From contig CAVURJ010000001.1 in NCBI GenBank assembly GCA_963743885.1, positions 438,321 through 502,320 on the forward strand: a stretch of DNA of 64,000 nucleotides. Reading direction: 5' to 3'. The stretch comes from Candidatus Moraniibacteriota bacterium. GTDB taxonomy: Bacteria; Patescibacteriota; Minisyncoccia; Moranbacterales; UBA1568. The notes beneath the pieces were generated by a model that worked only from the letters and a program-made list of their open reading frames with translations, was not told the DNA's origin and did not search any database. Numbering within the stretch: position 1 is the stretch's first letter; each line of letters opens with the position of its first letter. Positions 19,776-29,785 of this stretch are shown here, piece after piece. The position numbers were made by a program, and so were the translations under genes.

Positions 19776-20996
19776 ATGGCATTCTTCCGAAACATCTTTC
19801 GGGCGGTTTCTTTGCTGCTCCTCATATTTGCTGCATACGTCGTGACGTATGTGTTTTTCCGTGACCAGGGGGTGCGGATGCCGGCGGGTGGTGTTGCTGA
19901 TTCCTTCATCCGCCAGGTGACTGAGACAGCGAGGGAGGCAGTGAAGCTTCCGGCTCCCGAAGGCGCCAAGGAGCAGCCGTTCTCATGGAAGTATCGCGGC
20001 AGGGAATATCGGATTGGCCAGACGCTCTATGAGTCGTACTATCGATACTATGCGTCGCTGCCGGTCGGCGTGCCGGATGATGGTAGTTCCGAGCTCACGC
20101 TTCGCAGAGCGGGCAACGCGATGTTCATGACTCCGGCCGAAGGTGATGATGCGGTGAGGCGTCTTGCGGAAGCGCTCCGCACGCTCGGGAAGGAGCAGCA
20201 GCTCTCTGATGATCGGATTGCCGAGCTTGCTCTCGCGTTCGTGCAGTCCATTCCTTATGATCAGGGCAAGCTTGATCGGCGGACAGCGGGGCGGGATGGC
20301 ACGACGGAAAAAATATTCTATCCGTATGAGACGCTCTATTTGAAGACGGGAGTCTGCCAGGATAAGAGCTACCTTGCATACATGCTCCTCCGTGAGCTCG
20401 GCTATGGTGTCTCTATTTTCCTGTTTCCGGATCCGAAGGACAATCATATGGCGGTTGGCATCAAGTGTCCGGCAGCGTACGCCAACTACGGGTCGGGCTA
20501 CTGCTTCGCTGAGACAACGAGCACGGGCAACAAGATTGGTATGATACCTGACCTCATTCCGGGGAGTCGCGTTGCGACAGCGGATATCGAGATCGCAGCG
20601 GCGGAGAGTGGACAGGGCGATGGGTACCAGCCGCTTGGGCACGTCGAGATCATGAATGAATCAGCGGGCCGGGAGTATGCGGGCATCGTCGAGACGATCG
20701 CGACGCAGAAAGAGATCGAGCGGCTGAAGAATGCTATCGCTGCCGACAAGCGGACACTCAAGTCGGAGAAGGCGGCGATCGATGCGGCACAGGCCGAGCT
20801 CGACAAAATGATGAAGAAGCTTAATAAGCTCATGGATGCGGGGGAGTATGAAGAGTATAATGATCTTGTGAAGAAGTACAACAAGGCGCTCGATGTCCTG
20901 AAGAAGGATATCAAGGTATACAACGCGAAGATCGCTTCGAGCAATGCGACTATCGAGAAGTACAACCGGCTCATCCGAAGCTTCTACCAGCAGTAG
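19776..20996 (+). CDS. Transglutaminase-like protein with C-terminal coiled coil
   Basis: FVQSIPYD, YPYETL, GVCQDKS, HMAVGI, FAETT. Confidence 0.8.
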   Translation: MAFFRNIFRAVSLLLLIFAAYVVTYVFFRDQGVRMPAGGVADSFIRQVTETAREAVKLPAPEGAKEQPFSWKYRGREYRIGQTLYESYYRYYASLPVGVPDDGSSELTLRRAGNAMFMTPAEGDDAVRRLAEALRTLGKEQQLSDDRIAELALAFVQSIPYDQGKLDRRTAGRDGTTEKIFYPYETLYLKTGVCQDKSYLAYMLLRELGYGVSIFLFPDPKDNHMAVGIKCPAAYANYGSGYCFAETTSTGNKIGMIPDLIPGSRVATADIEIAAAESGQGDGYQPLGHVEIMNESAGREYAGIVETIATQKEIERLKNAIAADKRTLKSEKAAIDAAQAELDKMMKKLNKLMDAGEYEEYNDLVKKYNKALDVLKKDIKVYNAKIASSNATIEKYNRLIRSFYQQ

Positions 20997-21072
20997 GTGA
21001 TGCGTCTGATGCGCGCGTCGGGTCGTATCCGTAAGTAGTGGGATTTTTTGGATAGGCATTGAGAAAAAAGAT

Positions 21073-21669
21073 ATGGATATGAAGAAGGCGGTCCTGATAC
21101 AATCGGTGGTCCTTGGAGTGGCGCTCGCGCTACCGGTCTCTGCGGCGATGCCGCAGCAGACGGTCGCTGATTGTGTCGAACGGACAGGCAGGACGGAAGC
21201 GGACTGTGCCGAGATGATAGCGAGGTCCAAGGATAGTAGGCCGCCGGAGGGCGGTCCAGCAGAGCAAGGAGGGGATGGTAATAACGTGCAGGTGGACGAG
21301 GATATTGAACGTGCGGAAACCGTCTCGGAACGCTCTACGAAGATGCGGACCGATCGCGAGCGCCGCTATGCGCGGATGCAGGAGCGTATCGGGAAGATCA
21401 TCACGTATCTTGATGAGCAGGGTGCTGATACGGCTGTTGTGAAGGGATATCTTGATGTATTCAAGACGAAGGTTGCCGATATCTTGACTGCGTATGATGC
21501 GTACATAGCCACGCTCAAGACGTATGAGAGTGATGGGAGTGTTGCCAACAAGGCGGCTATCGCCGTATCGAAGGATAGCTTGCGAACGCGTATCATAGAC
21601 GCAAGCGAATATTACCGGTCGACGATCGTGACGATGCTCCGAGCGCTTATTGATGCTTTACCTGAATAA
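21073..21669 (+). CDS. Secreted helical hypothetical protein
   Basis: Signal peptide; amphipathic helices. Confidence 0.7.
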   Translation: MDMKKAVLIQSVVLGVALALPVSAAMPQQTVADCVERTGRTEADCAEMIARSKDSRPPEGGPAEQGGDGNNVQVDEDIERAETVSERSTKMRTDRERRYARMQERIGKIITYLDEQGADTAVVKGYLDVFKTKVADILTAYDAYIATLKTYESDGSVANKAAIAVSKDSLRTRIIDASEYYRSTIVTMLRALIDALPE

Positions 21670-21679
21670 CTCGCAGATT

Positions 21680-21946
21680 ATGTCGAAAAAGAGCATTTTA
21701 TTTACCGTCGGAGCGGTATTGTGTGTCATGGCGGCCATCGCTTCGGTCGGCTGGGTTGTGGCGACGGAAATCAGCAAGAATAGGCAGGCGGTGCCGGCAG
21801 AGATGAAGCGCCCGGTCCGCACGGGACAGGAGATGGTCCGCAGGCCCGACCAGGAGATCGTCGTCAAGGATAAAACGAGCGCCAAGCAGATGCTCGATGT
21901 CCTCAATCAGGACGTGAGCAGCCTCGAGCGCGACGGAGTGGAGTAG
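21680..21946 (+). CDS. Small membrane-anchored hypothetical protein
   Basis: N-terminal TM; followed by terminator. Confidence 0.6.
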   Translation: MSKKSILFTVGAVLCVMAAIASVGWVVATEISKNRQAVPAEMKRPVRTGQEMVRRPDQEIVVKDKTSAKQMLDVLNQDVSSLERDGVE

Positions 21947-22037
21947 TCTTCTTTACTAAAGGGAGCGCCTCTCAATGAGGCGCTTTTTCGTTTTTGGAGT
22001 ATACTGCGAGGGGCATAACTATTGGCCGATATGATGT

Positions 22038-22466
22038 ATGGATAAGTACGAACTCGTGACCAAACTGAAGGAACAGCACCAAGCCCTCCTTCATGATCTT
22101 GATGGTATAGCTCGTCTGGCGGCTGCGCCAGTCGAAGGCACTGATAGGGAGATATGCTCTGGTCTCGAACAGTTCAAGACGGACCTTCTTTCTCATCTGA
22201 AACTGGAGGACGGAGTCTTTTATCCTGATTACCTCGACAAGGTGGCCTGGCGCGGGATAGATGTGAGTGGCGTCGAGGAATTCATCCGGCAGATGGGCGT
22301 CATCGCCAAAGCGGTCACAGCGTTTTTGGAGAAATATGCTGCGCCAGAGTCTGTCAGCGCCTCGTACGCGAGTTTCGGCAAGGAGCTCAAGGAAGTAGCT
22401 GGTACGCTTGCTGACCGCATTGAGACAGAAGAAGAGGGGGTATACGATGTCTATCTCTCCATGTAG
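22038..22466 (+). CDS. Hemerythrin-domain protein
   Basis: LKEQH, HLKLEDxxFYP, RIETEEEGVY. Confidence 0.8.
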   Translation: MDKYELVTKLKEQHQALLHDLDGIARLAAAPVEGTDREICSGLEQFKTDLLSHLKLEDGVFYPDYLDKVAWRGIDVSGVEEFIRQMGVIAKAVTAFLEKYAAPESVSASYASFGKELKEVAGTLADRIETEEEGVYDVYLSM

Positions 22467-22511
22467 CTGGGTAGATTTTCTGCTCCCGGTCCCGACTGGG
22501 AGCTTTTTTGT

Positions 22512-22560
22512 TTGACAGGATTTCCTGGGGTGTTGTATACTTCATTATGTAAATGAAGTA
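22512..22560 (+). promoter_or_regulatory. lexA promoter with overlapping perfect palindrome (candidate SOS box)
   Basis: TTGACA-18-TATACT; TACTTCATT-N5-AATGAAGTA at 22538-22560. Confidence 0.7.
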
Positions 22561-22572
22561 AACTAAAACAGT

Positions 22573-23223
22573 ATGCAGATACTGACACCAAAGCAGAAGA
22601 TCGTCCTGCAGGCGATCAAGGAATTCTTCTCGGAGAACGGCACGATGCCGACGGTCCGGGAGATTCAGACCATGTCGGAGCGGCTAGGACTCAAGTTGAA
22701 GAGTCTCCGGAGCTTCTTCATCTATCTCAATGAGCTTGAGGAGAAGGGGTACATTGAGCGGACGAGCGAGGATCGCGGTATCAAGCTCAAGGGTATAACG
22801 CGCGAATCCTTCATCGACGTACCGGTCTTCGGTATGGCCAATGCCGGCGCGGCGACGATGTTCGCGGACCAGTATATCGAAGGGTATCTCAAGGTGTCCA
22901 AGCGCATCGTGCGCACCGCATCGAGCGTTTTCGCGATCCAGGTCTCGGGGACGTCCATGAACAAGGCGAAGGTTGGCGGCAAGACAATCCAGAATGGTGA
23001 TTTCATTCTCGTCGATTCTTCCTGGAAGCACTATGATAATGGTGACCGCGTGCTCGTCGTCATCGACGGCTTAGCGACGGTCAAGACGTACCGTACAGTG
23101 GATGGCAAGAATATCGCGCTCATCCCGGAGTCGACCGACAAGAAGCACAAGCCGATCTTCCTGACCGAGGACGACGATTTCGTCATCAACGGCAAGGTGA
23201 TCGATGTGCTCAAAATGAAGTAA
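22573..23223 (+). CDS. lexA: LexA repressor
   Basis: LTPKQ...PTVREI wHTH; Ala-Gly cleavage site (ANAG); catalytic Ser (GTSM) and Lys (ATVK). Confidence 0.92.
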   Translation: MQILTPKQKIVLQAIKEFFSENGTMPTVREIQTMSERLGLKLKSLRSFFIYLNELEEKGYIERTSEDRGIKLKGITRESFIDVPVFGMANAGAATMFADQYIEGYLKVSKRIVRTASSVFAIQVSGTSMNKAKVGGKTIQNGDFILVDSSWKHYDNGDRVLVVIDGLATVKTYRTVDGKNIALIPESTDKKHKPIFLTEDDDFVINGKVIDVLKMK

Positions 23224-23292
23224 ATAATTGAGCATTTCCGGCTTTTAAGGAAAAGCGCTATACTGGCGATATAATATCGTAAGCTTTTTCTT

Positions 23293-24057
23293 ATGCAGGA
23301 GGATATGTTGAGGTATGCGAAGACCGGAGCGTTCGTCTTGGTCGCTTTCGCCGCAGTCATCTATTCGTACCAGTACGCCCGTTTTGTCGGGAACGCTTAT
23401 CCAGGCAAGACCTTCTCAGTCGAAGGCGTCGGAGAGATCGATAGCGTGCCGGATGTCGCATCCTTTTCTGTGAGCGTCATCACTGAGGGCGGACGGAATG
23501 TCGCCGATGCTCAGAGGATGAATACCGAGAAGATGAATCGCATCAATGCCTATGTCAAAGAGCAGGGCATCGAGGCCAAGGATCTCAAGACATCGCAGTA
23601 CAACGTCTCGCCGCGTTATGATTATCCTCCTTGCAAAGACGGTGTCTGCCCGCGGCCAGCTATTTCTGGCTACTCCATATCACAGTCACTTGATGTGAAG
23701 GTGCGCGAGACGGAGAAGCTTGGTGACCTTCTCTCCGGTGTAGTGGAGAACGGCGGTAACAGCGTCTCGGATATCCGTTTCGTGGTGGATGATGAGGATG
23801 CAGCCAAGGCTGAGGCGCGGGATGAAGCGATAGACAAGGCTAAGAAGAAGGCGAAGGCGATGGCCAAGGCTGGTGGTTTCCGCATCGGCAAGGTCGTGTC
23901 GATCTACGAGAGCTCCTCATCCCCGATGCCGATGGATGCCTATGGTCGTGGTGGTATGGAGATGAGCGACATGAAGGCGATGGCGGCGCCGACTATCGAG
24001 CCTGGCACGCAGACGTCGCAGGTCCAGGTATCGGTGACGTATGAGATCCTCGACTAA
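23293..24057 (+). CDS. SIMPL (DUF541) domain protein
   Basis: SVEGVGEIDSVPDVA; AKAEARDEAI; IEPGTQ...VSVTYEI. Confidence 0.9.
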   Translation: MQEDMLRYAKTGAFVLVAFAAVIYSYQYARFVGNAYPGKTFSVEGVGEIDSVPDVASFSVSVITEGGRNVADAQRMNTEKMNRINAYVKEQGIEAKDLKTSQYNVSPRYDYPPCKDGVCPRPAISGYSISQSLDVKVRETEKLGDLLSGVVENGGNSVSDIRFVVDDEDAAKAEARDEAIDKAKKKAKAMAKAGGFRIGKVVSIYESSSSPMPMDAYGRGGMEMSDMKAMAAPTIEPGTQTSQVQVSVTYEILD

Positions 24058-24245
24058 GTAACTATCTCAAATCTCACCGCTCAAAAAAAATTAGAAACAC
24101 GCTTGCCGGCTGAAATTCGCTTATTTTGGCTGCAAAATCCGAATGCTTCGTCAGGTTACCTTCTAGGTAGCCTTTCCAAACCCTTCGAATTTTTCGCTCA
24201 AAATAAGCGAATTTACAGCTCGACATGAGATTTGAGATAGTTACT
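24057..24245. mobile_element. MITE-like element, 189 bp
   Basis: Perfect 20-bp terminal inverted repeats agtaactatctcaaatctca / tgagatttgagatagttact; internal inverted repeat aaattcgcttattttg / caaaataagcgaattt. Confidence 0.75.
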
Positions 24246-24393
24246 AGTATGACGCTTTTGGAACGGGCCGGATTTCCGGCTCGTTTTTCTTTTGCGCCGG
24301 AAGAGACGGGCCGCGCGTAGTGATAGGGAGCGGCACGGAGGCTGCTTTTTGATGTTACAATAGGAGGAGAGAATTTTCTGATTGACGGATGGT

Positions 24394-24963
24394 ATGGATG
24401 ACAAGGCTCTCATAGAGGCGCATCTCGCAGGGGATGAACAGGCGTTCGAACAGCTACTGGGCAAGTATCTGTCGCCGGTTTACAATTTCGTCTTCCAGAT
24501 GGCCCGCGATCGTGAGGTGGCGGATGATATCGTCCAAGAGACCTTCATCAAGGCCTGGAAAAATCTCTCCGGCTTTGATCGGGAGAGGAGCTTCAAGACG
24601 TGGCTTTTTACGATCGCCAAGCATACTGCTTTTGATTACTTCAAAAAGAAGAAAGCGTTGCCGTTTTCGGCGTTTGATGATGGCGAGGGCGGGAGCGTCT
24701 TCGAGGAAGTGGGGGGCGATCAGGTATTGCCTGATGAGATCTTGGGGCGCGAGGAGGCCGTAGCTGACCTTGATCGAGCGCTGGCAAAACTCCCCGATGG
24801 GTCGCGCAATATCCTTCTTTTGGCGTATCGGGAAGATCTTTCACTTCAGGAGATCGCTGAGGTTCTCGGAGAGCCGTATAATACCGTGAAAAGCCGCCAT
24901 AACAGGGCTATCCGCAAGCTTCGGCAGGTGATGTCGGAAGATGCGCCAGGAACCGTCCAGTAG
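24394..24963 (+). CDS. ECF sigma-70 factor
   Basis: GDEQAFEQL, DDIVQETFIKAW, FKTWLFTIA, EIAEVLGEPYNTVKSR. Confidence 0.92.
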   Translation: MDDKALIEAHLAGDEQAFEQLLGKYLSPVYNFVFQMARDREVADDIVQETFIKAWKNLSGFDRERSFKTWLFTIAKHTAFDYFKKKKALPFSAFDDGEGGSVFEEVGGDQVLPDEILGREEAVADLDRALAKLPDGSRNILLLAYREDLSLQEIAEVLGEPYNTVKSRHNRAIRKLRQVMSEDAPGTVQ

Positions 24964-25124
24964 TCGTATAATGAGCAAAGGCTATGCCCGGTAGTAGAAC
25001 TTCGAAAAGTTCCATCGGGCAACAAGAAAAGATTTGTACATATTTTCCCACGGTCGTAGAGAAATGTGTACACTATAAAAAAGAAGCATAATCAAGCCAA
25101 TCATTCGAAGTTTCACTACTGGGT

Positions 25125-25562
25125 ATGAATACTCTCAATACCATCTTCAAGCACATCGCTCCTTCCGTCCTGCCGGCCCCCGGCCTTGCGGAGCGGATTC
25201 TTGCTGCTATCGCTTCCGAGCTTGATCGGCGTGTGCGGCGTGAACGCCGGGCGGCCTATGCTGGCATGGCACTTTCGGCGGCGGTCGCATCGGCTGCTGG
25301 GGCGGGATACGGCGGGGAGCTTGCCCAGTCGGATTTTTGGAGCATCGTTTCGCTCGCTTTTTCGGATGCGAGTGCGTTGGCCGGATACTGGGACAGTTTC
25401 CTGTATTCGCTCATCGAGACGTTTCCGGCGGCGGCTGTCGCTGCTTTCGTCCTGCCGGTCTTCGTCTTCCTCATCTCACTCGGCATGTACTCGCGGTTCC
25501 GTCAGGATGCTGATCGGCAGAGCCGGTATCCCGGTGTGGGGCATCATGCTTCCGCCGCCTGA
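25125..25562 (+). CDS. Membrane protein, possible anti-sigma factor
   Basis: Follows the ECF sigma; two TM segments. Confidence 0.6.
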   Translation: MNTLNTIFKHIAPSVLPAPGLAERILAAIASELDRRVRRERRAAYAGMALSAAVASAAGAGYGGELAQSDFWSIVSLAFSDASALAGYWDSFLYSLIETFPAAAVAAFVLPVFVFLISLGMYSRFRQDADRQSRYPGVGHHASAA

Positions 25563-25613
25563 TTTCTTATCCTATATCATTTATCCCTCATCTCTTAACT
25601 CTTCTTCAAAAAT

Positions 25614-26117
25614 ATGGATATCAAGAATCTCTCCCAATCGAAAGCCTTCCGTGTCGCGGTCATTGTGACGGGCGTCCTTTTGGTTGCGCTTCTCAGTTTT
25701 TCAGCTGGTGTGAACGTCGGTTTGCGCAAGGCCAAGTTTTCCTATGCGTTCGGTGAACAGTATGAGCGCAATTTCGGCGGTGGACCACTTGCTATCGGCA
25801 AGGGGCCGATGATGGGTGGCTCTGGCAAGATGATGCCGCTTGCCGGCATTGATGACAAGGAGTTTCGCAATGGGCATGGATTGATCGGCGAGATCATTTC
25901 GATGACCGAGAGCTCGCTCATCGTTGAGGACATCTTCGGTAACGAAAACACCGTTTCGCTCGGCAAGGAGACGATCGTCAAAGACGGCCGCAAGGACGTG
26001 ACGGTCTCTGCGCTCAAGACAGGCGATCGGATAGCTGTAATCGGTAAGCCCGATGAGCAGGCTGGTGCGGTCGAGGCACGCTTCATCCGTATCCTGCCGG
26101 TACCGGCAGGCGAGTAA
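25614..26117 (+). CDS. Membrane-anchored OB-fold (DUF5666-like) protein
   Basis: GEIIS...LKTGDRIAVIG...ARFIRI. Confidence 0.65.
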   Translation: MDIKNLSQSKAFRVAVIVTGVLLVALLSFSAGVNVGLRKAKFSYAFGEQYERNFGGGPLAIGKGPMMGGSGKMMPLAGIDDKEFRNGHGLIGEIISMTESSLIVEDIFGNENTVSLGKETIVKDGRKDVTVSALKTGDRIAVIGKPDEQAGAVEARFIRILPVPAGE

Positions 26118-26137
26118 TCCGATCTATCCCTTAGTAT

Positions 26138-27241
26138 ATGAGTATCATCAGGAGCATTGTCGCGGCTATGCGCGCGCATTGGAAGCTGTCGATTGTTATT
26201 GTGACCGTCTTGATTGGCGGATATTATTACATGTCTTCCTCTTCGTCGCAGCAGGCGGCGCCGACGACCGTGACCAAAGCTGAGGCGGTGAAGCGCGGCG
26301 ATCTTCGCGTAAGCGTGTCCGGCAGCGGTCAGGTGGAGGCGGCTTCCCAGGTCGACTTGACGCCGGTCATCGCCGGCGATGGTATCGATGTCATGCGCGT
26401 GCTCGTCAAAAACAACCAAGAAGTGAAGAAGGGGCAAGTCATCGCAGTGCTTGATACTGAGGATGCCGTGCGTGCTATCGAGAGCGCTGAGCTCGATCTG
26501 CGCGATGTGAAGACGAGGCAGCAACAGACAGCGAGTCAGTACAAGGGCGATACCAAGAGCGATATGCTGAACCGCCGGTTGCAGGAAATCGCCTTGAAGC
26601 AGAGCCAGAACAATCTCGACAAAGCCAAGGAAAAGCTCCAAGACTATTCCATCAAGGCGCCCTTTGATGGTGTCGTGACCGGCCTCTCTGTCGAGGCTGG
26701 AGACTCGGTTTCTCGCTCGACTATCATCGCGTCTGTCATTACGCGTGATATGCAGGTGACGGTCTCGCTCAATGAGGTGGATGCTGCCAGAGTAGCAGAG
26801 GGCAATAACGTCACGCTTTCCTTTGACGCGCTACCCGAGCTTGCTCTCTCTGGAAAAATATCCCGTATCGATACAATCGGCACGACCACGCAGAACGTCG
26901 TTTCCTATGACGCGGAGATCGAGCTTGATAAGCAAGACGTGTCGCTCCGTCCTGGTATGAGCGCGAGCGCCGAGATCGCTGTTGCCGAAAGGCAGGCAGT
27001 GCTCCTCGTGCCGAATGCTGCTTTGGTGACGGCTGACGGCAAGACGACCGTGAAGATGACACAAGGGACAAGAGCGGTTGTGACAGGGTTGACTGATGAT
27101 GTGTACACGGAGATCGTGAGCGGCCTATCGGAAGGCGACAAGGTACTCATTGAGACTACTGCCACTGCTACCAAGTCCGGCAGCTCGAGCGTCTTCAGTT
27201 CACTCTTCCGCACGCCTGGTTCCGGGAGTAGAAATAGGTAG
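26138..27241 (+). CDS. Efflux periplasmic adaptor (MacA-like)
   Basis: VKKGQVIA, IKAPFDGVV, LRPGMSA, GLSEGDKV. Confidence 0.9.
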   Translation: MSIIRSIVAAMRAHWKLSIVIVTVLIGGYYYMSSSSSQQAAPTTVTKAEAVKRGDLRVSVSGSGQVEAASQVDLTPVIAGDGIDVMRVLVKNNQEVKKGQVIAVLDTEDAVRAIESAELDLRDVKTRQQQTASQYKGDTKSDMLNRRLQEIALKQSQNNLDKAKEKLQDYSIKAPFDGVVTGLSVEAGDSVSRSTIIASVITRDMQVTVSLNEVDAARVAEGNNVTLSFDALPELALSGKISRIDTIGTTTQNVVSYDAEIELDKQDVSLRPGMSASAEIAVAERQAVLLVPNAALVTADGKTTVKMTQGTRAVVTGLTDDVYTEIVSGLSEGDKVLIETTATATKSGSSSVFSSLFRTPGSGSRNR

Positions 27242-27251
27242 AACTACTCGT

Positions 27252-27935
27252 ATGATCCGATGCAGGGATATTAGGAAGACCTACTACAATGAGGGCAACG
27301 CGACCGAGGTGCTCAAGGGTGTCTCATTCGATATCCAAGATGGCGAGTTCGTCTCAATCATGGGGCCGTCCGGTTCCGGCAAATCGACGCTCATGCATAT
27401 CCTGGGCGCGCTCGATAGTCCGACGGGCGGGCAGTATCTGCTTGATGGCAAGGATATGTCGAGTCTTTCAGATGATGAGCTCGCGCGTATCCGCCGCGAT
27501 AAGATCGGGTTCGTGTTTCAGGCGTTCAATCTGTTGCCGAGGACGAGCGTGATCCGCAATGTTATGTTGCCGCTTATCTATCAGGAAGTGCCGATCGCAG
27601 AGCGGGAGAAGCGCGTCGAGGATGCGCTCCGGGCGGTCGGGCTTGATGAGGAGCGCTGGCAGCATCATTCCAATCAGCTTTCTGGCGGACAGATGCAGCG
27701 TGTGGCGATTGCTCGAGCGCTCGTCAATCAGCCGTCGCTCATCCTCGCAGACGAGCCGACCGGCAATCTTGATACCAAGACTGGCGAGCTCGTACTCCAG
27801 ACGTTCGAGCGGCTCAATCGTGAGCATGGGCATACGATCATCCTCATCACGCATGAGCCGGAAGTCGCTGCACATGCCGATCGCACGCTCATGATCCGTG
27901 ATGGGTTGCTTGTCTCGGATACCCGAAACAAATAG
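27252..27935 (+). CDS. ABC transporter ATP-binding protein (MacB/LolD-like)
   Basis: GPSGSGKST, LSGGQMQR, DEPTGNLD. Confidence 0.95.
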   Translation: MIRCRDIRKTYYNEGNATEVLKGVSFDIQDGEFVSIMGPSGSGKSTLMHILGALDSPTGGQYLLDGKDMSSLSDDELARIRRDKIGFVFQAFNLLPRTSVIRNVMLPLIYQEVPIAEREKRVEDALRAVGLDEERWQHHSNQLSGGQMQRVAIARALVNQPSLILADEPTGNLDTKTGELVLQTFERLNREHGHTIILITHEPEVAAHADRTLMIRDGLLVSDTRNK

Positions 27936-27959
27936 ACTTAAGCTGTTTTGCTCATACGT

Positions 27960-29186
27960 ATGTTTGCATCCGATCTCGTTCAAGAAATCTATACGTCCGT
28001 GACGGTCAATAAGTCTCGGTCTGGTTTGACGGTGCTTGGCATCGTGATCGGTATCGCGTCAGTCATCATCATGGTGGCGATCGGTCGCGGTGCACAGAGT
28101 ACGATCGAGGCGAGTATCCAGTCGATAGGGTCGAATTTGCTTATGGTCCGTCCAGGAGCTGAACATGCGCCTGGTTCTCCCGTCGTTGGTTCACAGGGCT
28201 CGGCGCAGTCTCTGGTACTTGATGATGTCGATGCACTCAAGAAGGGAGTGCCCGCTATAGAACTGGTGGCACCGGAGGCTTCTTCACGGAGTAAGCAGGT
28301 AACAGCCGAAGGGCAGAATACCAACACGGGTATCACTGGTGTGACGGCTGAGTATGCAAAGGTACGAAGCATCGGCGTCGCTTCCGGATCGTTCATCACA
28401 GCATCGCACGTGAAGAGTCTGGCCAAGGTCGCTGTCATCGGCCCCGACGTCAAGACGGCGCTCTATGGCGAAGGAGCTGCTGATCCGATTGGTAAGAAGA
28501 TCCGTATTGCTGGAACTGATTTCACGGTCATCGGTGTGACGGCTGCCAAGGGTGGGTCAGGTTTCGGCAGTGCTGACGATGTCATCTACGTACCGCTCTC
28601 GACGGCACAGCAGTTCTTCACGGGCAGCGAATCCCTTTCCATGATCAATATCAACGTGAAGAGCGGTGAGGATATGAATGCGGCATCGGCCGCAGCTAAG
28701 ACGGTGCTTCTTGCGAGTCATGGGATCACGGATGCCACGCAGGCTGACTTTTCTATCATGAACCAGGCGGACATCGTCTCGACGGCTTCGTCGGTGACAG
28801 GGACCTTCACGGCGCTTCTGGCGGCGGTCGCTGGCATCTCGCTCGTCGTGGGCGGTATCGGCATCATGAATATGATGCTCACGACTGTCACAGAGCGGAC
28901 GCGCGAGATAGGACTGCGCAAGGCGATCGGCGCTGAAGGGTGGGATATCCGCAAGCAATTCCTTTTCGAGGCTATCACACTCACATTCTTCGGCGGGGCG
29001 ATCGGCATCCTGCTCGGCTGGACTGTGGCGCTCGTTGCCAATTCGTATGGTGTGACTGCGTCCGTTTCTACGAGCTCTGTCCTCTTGGCCTTCGCGGTTT
29101 CAACGGCGATCGGCATCGTCTTCGGGTACTATCCGGCCAGCCGTGCGGCGCGTCTCAGCCCGATTGAAGCGCTCCGGTACGAGTGA
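27960..29186 (+). CDS. ABC transporter permease (MacB/FtsX-like)
   Basis: LGIVIGIASV; GGIGIMNMM...ERTREIGLRKAIGA; PIEALRYE. Confidence 0.95.
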   Translation: MFASDLVQEIYTSVTVNKSRSGLTVLGIVIGIASVIIMVAIGRGAQSTIEASIQSIGSNLLMVRPGAEHAPGSPVVGSQGSAQSLVLDDVDALKKGVPAIELVAPEASSRSKQVTAEGQNTNTGITGVTAEYAKVRSIGVASGSFITASHVKSLAKVAVIGPDVKTALYGEGAADPIGKKIRIAGTDFTVIGVTAAKGGSGFGSADDVIYVPLSTAQQFFTGSESLSMININVKSGEDMNAASAAAKTVLLASHGITDATQADFSIMNQADIVSTASSVTGTFTALLAAVAGISLVVGGIGIMNMMLTTVTERTREIGLRKAIGAEGWDIRKQFLFEAITLTFFGGAIGILLGWTVALVANSYGVTASVSTSSVLLAFAVSTAIGIVFGYYPASRAARLSPIEALRYE

Positions 29187-29272
29187 GAGAGGAAGAGGTA
29201 AAAGATAGGAAACATATTGAAGAAAGAAAAGACCCGGCAGGATTTCCTGTCGGGCTTTGTTGCACGGTTCGT

Positions 29273-29662
29273 TCAGAGTGCGAAGTAGCGGATCTGGTAA
29301 GCGTCCTTTTTGGGTACTCGCTCGAGAGAGTAGAAGAGCTTGTGGCTTTTGCTCCGGTAGATGGGCACGCCGAGAATATCGGAGATGAACCTCTCGGCAT
29401 CGTGGACACTTTCAGCCAGCCGTTGGCCGAGGAGCAGATTGACGAGATTCATGTGGCTGCGGTGACGCACGAGGCGAAGCCTGGAGTGGAAGGGCCCCTC
29501 GAAGATACGCCGGAAACGCTCACCAGTTTCGATGGCGTCAGGATGAAGCTGACGATAGCTGGGTTGCCTCAGACGGCGGATGTCAAAATCAAAATCTTCT
29601 GGCAGAAGCGTCGTTGTGGCGTGCTCGTCGGGACGTTTGAAAGGGAGCACTTTTGCTGGCAT
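29273..29662 (-). CDS. Hypothetical protein
   Basis: AGGAG RBS; TTGACA-17-CATAAT promoter; downstream terminator. Confidence 0.6.
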   Translation of the reverse strand: MPAKVLPFKRPDEHATTTLLPEDFDFDIRRLRQPSYRQLHPDAIETGERFRRIFEGPFHSRLRLVRHRSHMNLVNLLLGQRLAESVHDAERFISDILGVPIYRSKSHKLFYSLERVPKKDAYQIRYFAL

Positions 29663-29785
29663 GATGTGAACTCCTGTTGTGAAAGATCGATAGCGTATTA
29701 TGTCATCGAAATAGGTAACTGTCAAACGGTTTCTTTGACGGAAGGAGGGAATCGTGGCAGGCTGATACATGAAAGGCATACCTCT

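Noticed and set aside
29183-29785. N-terminal extension of the 319-aa ORF
   Set aside because: It is antisense to a minus-strand ORF with its own promoter and RBS; M23 similarity starts at 29786
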